Made by a program: the position numbers and the translations under genes. Source: Eledone cirrhosa (taxonomy: Eukaryota). Taken from it: a stretch of 64,000 nucleotides of DNA. The notes beneath the pieces were generated by a model. That model was not told where the DNA came from and did no database searches. It saw only the letters and a list, made by a program, of their open reading frames with translations. The stretch's first letter is position 1; every line of letters starts with the position of its first letter. This document shows, in pieces, positions 11,640 through 22,400 of this stretch. The stretch is taken from assembly GCA_964016885.1 (NCBI GenBank), contig OZ024744.1, forward strand, positions 136,028,001 through 136,092,000. Direction: 5' to 3'.

Positions 11640-11840
11640 CATGACACACACTTGTTCCTGATTCTGAGGTTGCCTTGAGGAGGTTATTAAAGCTGGCGAG
11701 GGTTATATTGAATAATTATGTAGTATACTGGTTCAGTAACTTTGTGTATCTTGAATTTTCAATAAATCTTATAAGATAAAGATTTTATGTATATTTTTCT
11801 GAAATCTGTCAGCCACATCAATTCTACGTCTGCACCATAT
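11640..11840 (+). mobile_element. Relic 3' end of a Tc1/mariner-superfamily transposon
   Basis: 11641-11715 reads MTHTCS*F*GCLEEVIKAGEGYIE*, matching the typical transposase C-terminus (R-L-x-A-V-I-x-A-x-G-G-Y). It is followed by AATAAA and a TA-rich end. Confidence 0.5.
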
Positions 11841-11845
11841 ATATA

Positions 11846-12412
11846 CAGGGGTTGGACAAAATAATGGAAACACCTAGCATCATAGCATCATCATTTTGAA
11901 ATATCTATAAAACCGTCAAAAGCTTGTTTATTTTTATTTTTTTTTATTTATTATTAGTGTTGCTTAATATGTTTTGTTAAAATTGCTGTTTGTTTTCAGA
12001 TATCATCAGAAAAAGGTAATTAAAATTCATTAAAATGCCAGATCTATCGGACTTTCAAAGAGGTCAAATTGTTGGTGCTCGTATGGCTGGTGCTAGCGTA
12101 ATGAAAACAGCCGAAATATTTGGTGTATCAAGAAGTACTGTCTCGAAAGTAATGACAGCTTTTGAGAAAGAGGGGAAAAAAACCTCCTCGTCGAAACAAA
12201 ACTCCGGAAGAAAACCAATACTTTCAGATAGGGACAGTCGGACTCTTACGCAAATTGTTAGAAAGGATCACAAAAGTACAGCTCCTAAAATTACTGCAGA
12301 GCTTAATGACCACCTCGAGAACAATAAAAATAAACAAGCTTTTGACGGTTTTATAGATATTTCAAAATTATGATGCTATGATGCTAGGTGTTTCCATTAT
12401 TTTGTCCAACCC

Positions 12413-12415
<3 letters not shown>
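11846..12415 (+). mobile_element. Internally deleted Tc1-like DNA transposon (570 bp)
   Basis: ~90-bp TIRs CAGGGGTTGGACAAAATAATGGAAACACC.../...GGTGTTTCCATTATTTTGTCCAACCCCTG with TA on both sides. Confidence 0.93.
12035..12373 (+). pseudogene. Truncated Tc1 transposase (N-terminal HTH DNA-binding region only)
   Basis: MPDLSDFQRGQIVGARMAGASV..TAEIFGVSRSTVSKV...SGRKP...TAPKITAELN, then runs into the right TIR. No DDE domain. Confidence 0.85.

Positions 12416-12471
<56 letters not shown>
12416..12471. repeat. (TA)n microsatellite
   Basis: Perfect TA run starting at the Tc1 target TA. Confidence 0.95.
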
Positions 12472-12476
<5 letters not shown>

Positions 12477-12492
12477 ATATCTTTGTAGATCC

Positions 12493-12840
12493 TAGACCTG
12501 GGCACAGTGTGCAGAGGGCCTGCAAAGATTGGAAAGAAATGAAGCCTGCATGCTTGGATAGATGTGTAATACATGAATGGCAAAGCATAAACGAACTGAG
12601 AAACTGGGCATAACAGGAATAAGATGCAATGTGGAGGAGAGGAGATTACGTATATATTGGACTCTTTGTTTCAAGGACACAACAATCAGTCTAGTGTTGG
12701 TGCCATGAGAAAATGTACCCGGTACACTCTGTAAAGTTTTGAAATGTATGTAAGCAAAATGTGGGGCCCCCAACTCTTCATCTTTGTCTAAGAAATGACA
12801 AAACACTTAGTACTGGTGCCATGACAAAATATCCATGGTA
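12493..12840 (+). mobile_element. Old RTE 3' fragment
   Basis: ACCTGGGCACAGTGTGCAGAG...GAAGCCTGCATGCT...GGCAAAGCATAAACGAACT resembles 9090-9230. GTGCCATGA..AAAAT.TACCC units resemble the 3' UTR repeats. Confidence 0.6.
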
Positions 12841-13182
12841 GATTGTTGAGATGCAAGATGTGAAACCCTGGCCCAACTAAGAGGTCATTAGTACTGATCC
12901 GTCTGTGACTACCTATTCAACACTTAACGGACAATATATGATAATATCTATATATTAATATGCTTATACCTACGTACTGTATGTCCAACTGTGTGTCACA
13001 CTTTCAGTAATTACATAGTAATTTATCTGCTGTTGAAAAAAAATCCCTATTATACATACAATAATTTGATGTAATGCCTTGCACCGAATATTTTCTTTCA
13101 TTGTCTTATTTATTATTCACCGCCCAAGAACAACTTCAACTCCCAACAGAAGAAATTATATATTTTATATTACTGTTGTGAG

Positions 13183-13315
13183 GTAAGTTGAAGATTGATA
13201 ATACACTCTATTTTTACCTCCGCCAAATAGGTAATGCTTTATCCTCGCATAGTTTGTTTGTTTTGTTTTAAGTTTTTATTTCTGACAAACATCATCTCTA
13301 ACCACTTTCTTATAG
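13183..13315 (+). other. Putative spliceosomal intron in the 5' UTR of the repeat ORF
   Basis: Donor AG|GTAAGT at 13183, T-rich body, CTAAC branch motif at 13298-13302, acceptor CTTTCTTATAG at 13315 (alternative AGs at 13318 and 13322). Confidence 0.55.
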
Positions 13316-13359
13316 CAGCTAGGTGTTCTTCATAATTACTGAAACAACCATTCTTAAAA

Positions 13360-13494
13360 ATGGAAGATAGAATAAGTCAACAAAGAGAGGCAGCGAGAGA
13401 GTGACAAAGAAGACTATGACAGCGGTTACGAGCAGAAGAGAGGCAAACAAACCGTGACTGTAATCGAGAACAAATGTAAGAAAGGAGGAATGAT
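13360..13494 (+). pseudogene. Degenerate in-frame N-terminal leader of the repeat ORF
   Basis: AAAAATGG start. Reads MEDRISQQREAARE*QRRL*QRLRAEERQTNRDCNREQM*ERRND, 45 codons in frame with ATG 13495, with stops at 13402, 13417 and 13477. Confidence 0.7.
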
Positions 13495-16400
13495 ATGAAC
13501 CAAGAGGAGAGAGAAGCTTCTCTACAGAATAGAAGTGGAGATCATGATAGAAGAAATAACATGAATCCAGAGGAGAGAGAAGCTTATCTACAGAATAGAA
13601 GAAGTGGAGATCATGATAGAAGAAATAACATGAATCCAGAGGAGAGAGAAGTTTATCTACAGAATAGAAGAAGTGGAGATCATGATAGAAGAAATAACAT
13701 GAATCCAGAGGAGAGAGAAGTTTATCTACAGAATAGAAGTGGAGATCATGATAGAAGAAATAACATGAATCCAGAGGAGAGAGAAGCTTATCTACAGAAT
13801 AGAAGAAGTGGAGATCATGATAGAAGAAATAACATGAATCCAGAGGAGAGAGAAGCTTCTCTACAGAATAGAAGTGGAGATCATGGTAGAAGAAATAACA
13901 TGAATCCAGAGGAGAGAGAAGTTTATCTACAGAATAGAAGAAGTGGAGATCATGACAGAAGAAATAACAGGAATCCAGAGGAGAGAGAAGTTTATCTACA
14001 GAATAGAAGTGGAGATCATGGTAGAAGAAATAACATGAATCCAGAGGAGAGAGAAGTTTATCTACAGAATAAAAGAAGTGGAGATCATGGTAGAATAAAT
14101 AACATGAATCCAGAGGAGAGAGAAGTTTATCTACAGATTAAAAGAAGTGGAGATCATGGTAGAAGAAATAACATGAATCCAGAGGAGAGAGAGGCTTATC
14201 TACAGAATAGAAGTGGAAATCATGATAGAAGAAATAACATGAATCCAGAGGAGAGAGAAGCTTATCTACAGAATAGAAGTGGAGATCATGATAGAAGAAA
14301 TAACATGAATCCAGAAGAGAGAGAAGCTTATCTACAGAATAGAAGTGGAGATCATGATAGAAGAAATAACATGAATCCAGAGGAGAGAGTAGCTTATCTA
14401 CAGAATAGAAGTGAAGATCATGATAGAGGAAATAACATGAATCCAGAGGAGAGAGAAGTATTTCTACAGAATAGAAGAAGTGGAGATCATGGTAGAAGAA
14501 ATAACATGAATCCAGAGGAGAGAGAAGTTTATCTACAGAATAGAAGTGGAGATCATGATAGAAGAAATAACATGAATCCAGAGGAGAGAGTAGCTTATCT
14601 ACAGAATAGAAGAAGTGGAGATCATGATAGAAGAAATAACATGAATCCAGAGGAGAGAGAAGCTTCTCTACAGAATAGAAGTGGAGATCATGGTAGAAGA
14701 AATAACATGAATCCAGAGGAGAGAGAAGCTTATCTACAGAATAGAAGAAGTGGAGATCATGATAGAAGAAATAACATGAATCCAGAGGAGAGAGAAGCTT
14801 CTCTACAGAATAGAAGTGGAGATCATGGTAGAAGAAATAACATGAATCCAGAGGAGAGAGAAGTTTATCTACAGAATAGAAGAAGTGGAGATCATGATAG
14901 AAGAAATAACATGAATCCAGAGGAGAGAGAAGTTTATCTACAGAATAGAAGTGGAGATCATGATAGAAGAAATAACATGAATCCAGAGGAGAGAGAAGCT
15001 TATCTACAGAATAGAAGAAGTGGAGATCATGATAGAAGAAATAACATGAATCCAGAGGAGAGAGAAGCTTCTCTACAGAATAGAAGTGGAGATCATGGTA
15101 GAAGAAATAACATGAATCCAGAGGAGAGAGAAGTTTATCTACAGAATAGAAGTGGAGATCATGGTAGAAGAAATAACATGAATCCAGAGGAGAGAGAAGT
15201 TTATCTACAGAATAAAAGAAGTGGAGATCATGGTAGAAGAAATAACATGAATCCAGAGGAGAGAGAAGCTTATCTACAGAATAGAAGTGGAGATCATGGT
15301 AGAAGAAATAACATGAATCCAGAGGAGAGAGAAGTTTATCTACAGAATAGAAGAAGTGGAGATCATGACAGAAGAAATAACAGGAATCCAGAGGAGAGAG
15401 AAGTTTATCTACAGAATAGAAGTGGAGATCATGGTAGAAGAAATAACATGAATCCAGAGGAGAGAGAAGTTTATCTACAGAATAAAAGAAGTGGAGATCA
15501 TGGTAGAAGAAATAACATGAATCCAGAGGAGAGAGAAGTTCATCTACAGAATAAAAGAAGTGGAGATCATGGTAGAAGAAATAACATGAATCCAGAGGAG
15601 AGAGAAGTTTATCTACAGAATAGAAGAAGTGGAGATCATGACAGAAGAAATAACAGGAATCCAGAGAGAGAAGTTTATCGACAGAATAGAAGTGGAGATC
15701 ATGGTAGAAGAAATAACATGAATCCAGAGGAGAGAGAAGTTTATCTACAGAATAAAAGAAGTGGAGATCATGGTAGAAGAAGTAACATGAATCCAGAGGA
15801 GAGAGAAGTTTATCTACAGAATAAAAGAAGTGGAGATCATGGTAGAAGAAATAACATGAATCCAGAGGAGAGAGAAGCTTATCTACAGAATAGAAGAAGT
15901 GGAGATCATGATAGAAGAAATAACATGAATCCAGAGGAGAGAGAAGTTTATCAACAGAATAGAAGAAGTGGAGATCATGATAGAAGAAATAACATGAATC
16001 CAGAGGAGAGAGAAGTTTATCTACAGAATAGAAGTGGAGATCATGATAGAAGAAATAACATGAATCCAGAGGAGAGAGAAGCTTATCTACAGAATAGAAG
16101 AAGTGGAGATCATGATAGAAGAAATAACATGAATCCAGAGGAGAGAGAAGTTTATCTACAGAATAGAAGAAGTGGAGATCATGATAGAAGAAATAACATG
16201 AATCCAGACGAGAGAGAAGCTTCTCTACAGAATAGAAGTGGAGATCATGGTAGAAGAAATAACATGAATCCAGAGGAGAGAGAAGTTTATCTACAGAATA
16301 GAAGTGGAGATCATGGTAGAAGAAATAACATGAATCCAGAGGAGAGAGAAGTTTATCTACAGAATAAAAGAAGTGGAGATCATGGTAGAAGAAATAACAT

Positions 16401-19400
16401 GAATCCAGCGGAGAGAGAAGCTTATCTACAGAATAGAAGTGGAGATCATGGTAGAAGAAATAACATGAATCCAGAGGAGAGAGAAGTTTATCTACAGAAT
16501 AAAAGAAGTGGAGATCATGGTAGAAGAAATAACATGAATCCAGCGGAGAGAGAAGCTTATCTACAGAATAGAAGTCGAGATCATGGTAGAAGAAATAACA
16601 TGAATCCAGAGGAGAGAGAAGTATTTCTACAGAATAGAAGAAGTGGAGATCATGGTAGAAGAAATAACATGAATCCAGAGGAGAGAGAAGTTTATCTACA
16701 GAATAGAAGTGGAGATCATGATAGAAGAAATAACATGAATCCAGAGGAGAGAGAAGCTTATCTACAGAATAGAAGAAGTGGAGATCATGATAGAAGAAAT
16801 AACATGAATCCAGAGGAGAGAGAAGCTTCTCTACAGAATAGAAGTGGAGATCATGGTAGAAGAAATAACATGAATCCAGAGGAGAGAGAAGTTTATCTAC
16901 AGAATAGAAGTGGAGATCATGGTAGAAGAAATAACATGAATCCAGAGGAGAGAGAAGTTTATCTACAGAATAAAAGAAGTGGAGATCATGGTAGAAGAAA
17001 TAACATGAATCCAGAGGAGAGAGAAGCTTATCTACAGAATAGAAGTGGAGATCATGGTAGAAGAAATAACATGAATCCAGAGGAGAGAGAAGTTTATCTA
17101 CAGAATAGAAGAAGTGGAGATCATGACAGAAGAAATAACAGGAATCCAGAGGAGAGAGAAGTTTATCTACAGAATAGAAGTGGAGATCATGGTAGAAGAA
17201 ATAACATGAATCCAGAGGAGAGAGAAGTTTATCTACAGAATAAAAGAAGTGGAGATCATGGTAGAAGAAATAACATGAATCCAGAGGAGAGAGAAGTTCA
17301 TCTACAGAATAAAAGAAGTGGAGATCATGGTAGAAGAAATAACATGAATCCAGAGGAGAGAGAAGTTTATCTACAGAATAGAAGAAGTGGAGATCATGAC
17401 AGAAGAAATAACAGGAATCCAGAGAGAGAAGTTTATCGACAGAATAGAAGTGGAGATCATGGTAGAAGAAATAACATGAATCCAGAGGAGAGAGAAGTTT
17501 ATCTACAGAATAAAAGAAGTGAAGATCATGGTAGAAGAAGTAACATGAATCCAGAGGAGAGAGAAGTTTATCTACAGAATAAAAGAAGTGGAGATCATGG
17601 TAGAAGAAATAACATGAATCCAGAGGAGAGAGAAGCTTATCTACAGAATAGAAGAAGTGGAGATCATGATAGAAGAAATAACATGAATCCAGAGGAGAGA
17701 GAAGTTTATCAACAGAATAGAAGAAGTGGAGATCATGATAGAAGAAATAACATGAATCCAGAGGAGAGAGAAGTTTATCTACAGAATAGAAGTGGAGATC
17801 ATGATAGAAGAAATAACATGAATCCAGAGGAGAGAGAAGCTTATCTACAGAATAGAAGAAGTGGAGATCATGATAGAAGAAATAACATGAATCCAGAGGA
17901 GAGAGAAGTTTATCTACAGAATAGAAGAAGTGGAGATCATGATAGAAGAAATAACATGAATCCAGACGAGAGAGAAGCTTCTCTACAGAATAGAAGTGGA
18001 GATCATGGTAGAAGAAATAACATGAATCCAGAGGAGAGAGAAGTTTATCTACAGAATAGAAGTGGAGATCATGGTAGAAGAAATAACATGAATCCAGAGG
18101 AGAGAGAAGTTTATCTACAGAATAAAAGAAGTGGAGATCATGGTAGAAGAAATAACATGAATCCAGCGGAGAGAGAAGCTTATCTACAGAATAGAAGTGG
18201 AGATCATGGTAGAAGAAATAACATGAATCCAGAGGAGAGAGAAGTTTATCTACAGAATAAAAGAAGTGGAGATCATGGTAGAAGAAATAACATGAATCCA
18301 GCGGAGAGAGAAGCTTATCTACAGAATAGAAGTCGAGATCATGGTAGAAGAAATAACATGAATCCAGAGGAGAGAGAAGTATTTCTACAGAATAGAAGAA
18401 GTGGAGATCATGGTAGAAGAAATAACATGAATCCAGAGGAGAGAGAAGTTTATCTACAGAATAGAAGAAGTGGAGATCATGACAGAAGAAATAACAGGAA
18501 TCCAGAGGAGAGAGAAGTTTATCTACAGAATAGAAGTGGAGATCATGGTAGAAGAAAAAACATAAATCCAGAGGAGAGAGAAGTTTATCTACAGAATAAA
18601 AGAAGTGGAGATCATGGTAGAAGAAATAACATGAATCCAGAGGAGAGAGAAGTTTATCTACAGAATAAAAGAAGTGGAGATCATGGTAGAAGAAATAACA
18701 TGAATCCAGAGGAGAGAGAGGCTTATCTACAGAATAGAAGTGGAAATCATGATAGAAGAAATAACATGAATCCAGAGGAGAGAGAAGCTTATCTACAGAA
18801 TAGAAGTGGAGATCATGATAGAAGAAATAACATGAATCCAGAGGAGAGAGAAGCTTATCTACAGAATAGAAGTGGAGATCATGATAGAAGAAATAACATG
18901 AATCCAGAGGAGAGAGTAGCTTATCTACAGAATAGAAGTGGAGATCATGATAGAAGAAATAACATGAATCCAGAGGAGAGAGAAGTATTTCTACAGAATA
19001 GAAGAAGTGGAGATCATGGTAGAAGAAATAACATGAATCCAGAGGAGAGAGAAGTTTATCTACAGAATAGAAGTGGAGATCATGATAGAAGAAATAACAT
19101 GAATCCAGAGGAGAGAGAAGCTTATCTACAGAATAGAAGAAGTGGAGATCATGATAGAAGAAATAACATGAATCCAGAGGAGAGAGAAGCTTCTCTACAG
19201 AATAGAAGTGGAGATCATGGTAGAAGAAATAACATGAATCCAGAGGAGAGAGAAGCTTATCTACAGACTAGAAGAAGTGGAGATCATGATAGAAGAAATA
19301 ACATGAATCCAGAGGAGAGAGAAGCTTCTCTACAGAATAGAAGTGGAGATCATGGTAGAAGAAATAACATGAATCCAGAGGAGAGAGAAGTTTATCTACA

Positions 19401-22400
19401 GAATAGAAGAAGCGGAGATCATGATAGAAGAAATAACATGAATCCAGAGGAGAGAGAAGTTTATCTACAGAATAGAAGTGGAGATCATGATAGAAGAAAT
19501 AACATGAATCCAGAGGAGAGAGAAGCTTATCTACAGAATAGAAGAAGTGGAGATCATGATAGAAGAATTAACATGAATCCAGAGGAGAGAGAAGCTTCTC
19601 TACAGAATAGAAGTGGAGATCATGGTAGAAGAAATAACATGAATCCAGAGGAGAGAGAAGTTTATCTACAGAATAGAAGTGGAGATCATGGTAGAAGAAA
19701 TAACATGAATCCAGAGGAGAGAGAAGTTTATCTACAGAATAAAAGAAGTGGAGATCATGGTAGAAGAAATAACATGAATCCAGAGGAGAGAGAAGCTTAT
19801 CTACAGAATAGAAGTGGAGATCATGGTAGAAGAAATAACATGAATCCAGAGGAGAGAGAAGTTTATCTACAGAATAGAAGTGGAGATCATGATAGAAGAA
19901 ATAACATGAATCCAGAGGAGAGAGAAGTTTATCTACAGAATAGAAGAAGTGGAGATCATGACAGAAGAAATAACAGGAATCCAGAGGAGAGAGAAGTTTA
20001 TCTACAGAATAGAAGTGGAGATCATGGTAGAAGAAATAACATGAATCCAGAGGAGAGAGAAGTTTATCTACAGAATAAAAGAAGTGGAGATCATGGTAGA
20101 AGAAATAACATGAATCCAGAGGAGAGAGAAGTTTATCTACAGAATAGAAGTGGAGATCATGGTAGAAGAAATAACATGAATCCAGAGGAGAGAGAAGTTT
20201 ATCTACAGAATAGAAGAAGTGGAGATCATGATAGAAGAAATAACATGAATCCAGAGGAGAGAGAAGTTTATCTACAGAATAGAAGAAGTGGAGATCATGA
20301 TAGAAGAAATAACATGAATCCAGAGGAGAGAGAAGCTTATCTACAGAATAGAAGAAGTGGAGATCATGATAGAAGAAATAACATGAATCCAGAGGAGAGA
20401 GAAGTTTATCTACAGAATAGAAGAAGTGGAGATCATGATAGAAGAAATAACATGAATCCAGAGGAGAGAGAAGTTTATCTACAGAATAGAAGTGGAGATC
20501 ATGATAGAAGAAATAACATGAATCCAGAGGAGAGAGAAACTTATCTACAGAATAGAAGAAGTGGAGATCATGATAGAAGAAATAACATGAATCCAGAGGA
20601 GAGAGAAGCTTCTCTACAGAATAGAAGTGGAGATCATGGTAGAAGAAATAACATGAATCCAGAGGAGAGAGAAGTTTATCTACAGAATAGAAGTGGAGAT
20701 CATGGTAGAAGAAATAACATGAATCCAGAGGAGAGAGAAGTTTATCTACAGAATAGAAGAAGTGGAGATCATGATAGAAGAAATAACATGAATCCAGAGG
20801 AGAGAGAAGCTTCTCTACAGAATAGAAGTGGAGATCATGATAGAAGAAATAACATGAATCCAGAGGAGAGAGAAGTATTTCTACAGAATAGAAGAAGTGG
20901 AGATCATGGTAGAAGAAATAACATGAATCCAGAGGAGAGAGAAGTTTATCTACAGAATAGAAGTGGAGATCATGATAGAAGAAATAACATGAATCCAGAG
21001 GAGAGAGAAGTTTATCTACAGAATAGAAGTGGAGATCATGGTAGAAGAAATAACATGAATCCAGAGGAGAGAGAAGTTTATCTACAGAATAGAAGAAGTG
21101 GAGATCATGATAGAAGAAATAACATGAATCCAGAGGAGAGAGAAGCTTCTCTACAGAATAGAAGTGGAGATCATGATAGAAGAAATAACATGAATCCAGA
21201 GGAGAGAGAAGTATTTCTACAGAATAGAAGAAGTGGAGATCATGGTAGAAGAAATAACATGAATCCAGAGGAGAGAGAAGTTTATCTACAGAATAGAAGT
21301 GGAGATCATGATAGAAGAAATAACATGAATCCAGAGGAGAGAGAAGCTTATCTACAGAATAGAAGAAGTGGAGATCATGATAGAAGAAATAACATGAATC
21401 CAGAGGAGAGAGAAGCTTCTCTACAGAATAGAAGTGGAGATCATGGTAGAAGAAATAACATGAATCCAGAGGAGAGAGAAGCTTATCTACAGAATAGAAG
21501 AAGTGGAGATCATGATAGAAGAAATAACATGAATCCAGAGGAGAGAGAAGCTTCTCTACAGAATAGAAGTGGAGATCATGGTAGAAGAAATAACATGAAT
21601 CCAGAGGAGAGAGAAGTTTATCTACAGAATAGAAGAAGTGGAGATCATGATAGAAGAAATAACATGAATCCAGAGGAGAGAGAAGTTTATCTACAGAATA
21701 GAAGTGGAGATCATGATAGAAGAAATAACATGAATCCAGAGGAGAGAGAAGCTTATCTACAGAATAGAAGAAGTGGAGATCATGGTAGAAGAAATAACAT
21801 GAATCCAGCGGAGAGAGAAGCTTATCTACAGAATAGAAGTGGAGATCATGGTAGAAGAAATAACATGAATCCAGAGGAGAGAGAAGTATTTCTACAGAAT
21901 AGAAGAAGTGGAGATCATGGTAGAAGAAATAACATGAATCCAGAGGAGAGAGAAGTTTATCTACAGAATAGAAGTGGAGATCATGGTAAAAGAAATAACA
22001 TGAATCCAGAGGAGAGAGAAGCTTATCTACAGAATAGAAGTGGAGATCATGGTAGAAGAAATAACATGAATCCAGAGGAGAGAGAAGTTTATCTACAGAA
22101 TAGAAGAAGTGGAGATCATGACAGAAGAAATAACAGGAATCCAGAGGAGAGAGAAGTTTATCTACAGAATAGAAGTGGAGATCATGGTAGAAGAAATAAC
22201 ATGAATCCAGAGGAGAGAGAAGTTTATCTACAGAATAAAAGAAGTGGAGATCATGGTAGAAGAAATAACATGAATCCAGAGGAGAGAGAAGTTTATCTAC
22301 AGAATAAAAGAAGTGGAGATCATGGTAGAAGAAATAACATGAATCCAGAGGAGAGAGAGGGTTATCTACAGAATAGAAGTGGAAATCATGATAGAAGAAA

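Larger units (their letters stand above)
12947..13494 (+). mobile_element. Putative Helitron 5' end and leader
   Basis: A|TCTATATATTAATATG at 12946/12947 fits the animal Helitron 5' terminus (TC after host A, TCTATATA...). It is followed by an intron and an ORF start with STPR-like charged repeats. No Rep/helicase domain or 3' CTRR hairpin is visible in the window. Confidence 0.45.

Noticed and set aside
12368-12588. ORFs with YIYIYI runs
   Set aside because: Read-through of the (TA)n microsatellite and the Tc1 TIR.
13402-13479. Rescue of the leader stops by cephalopod A-to-I editing
   Set aside because: It would need four edits and would place Trp in an Arg/Gln-rich helix. C>T decay from CGA/CAA is simpler, and there is no RNA evidence.
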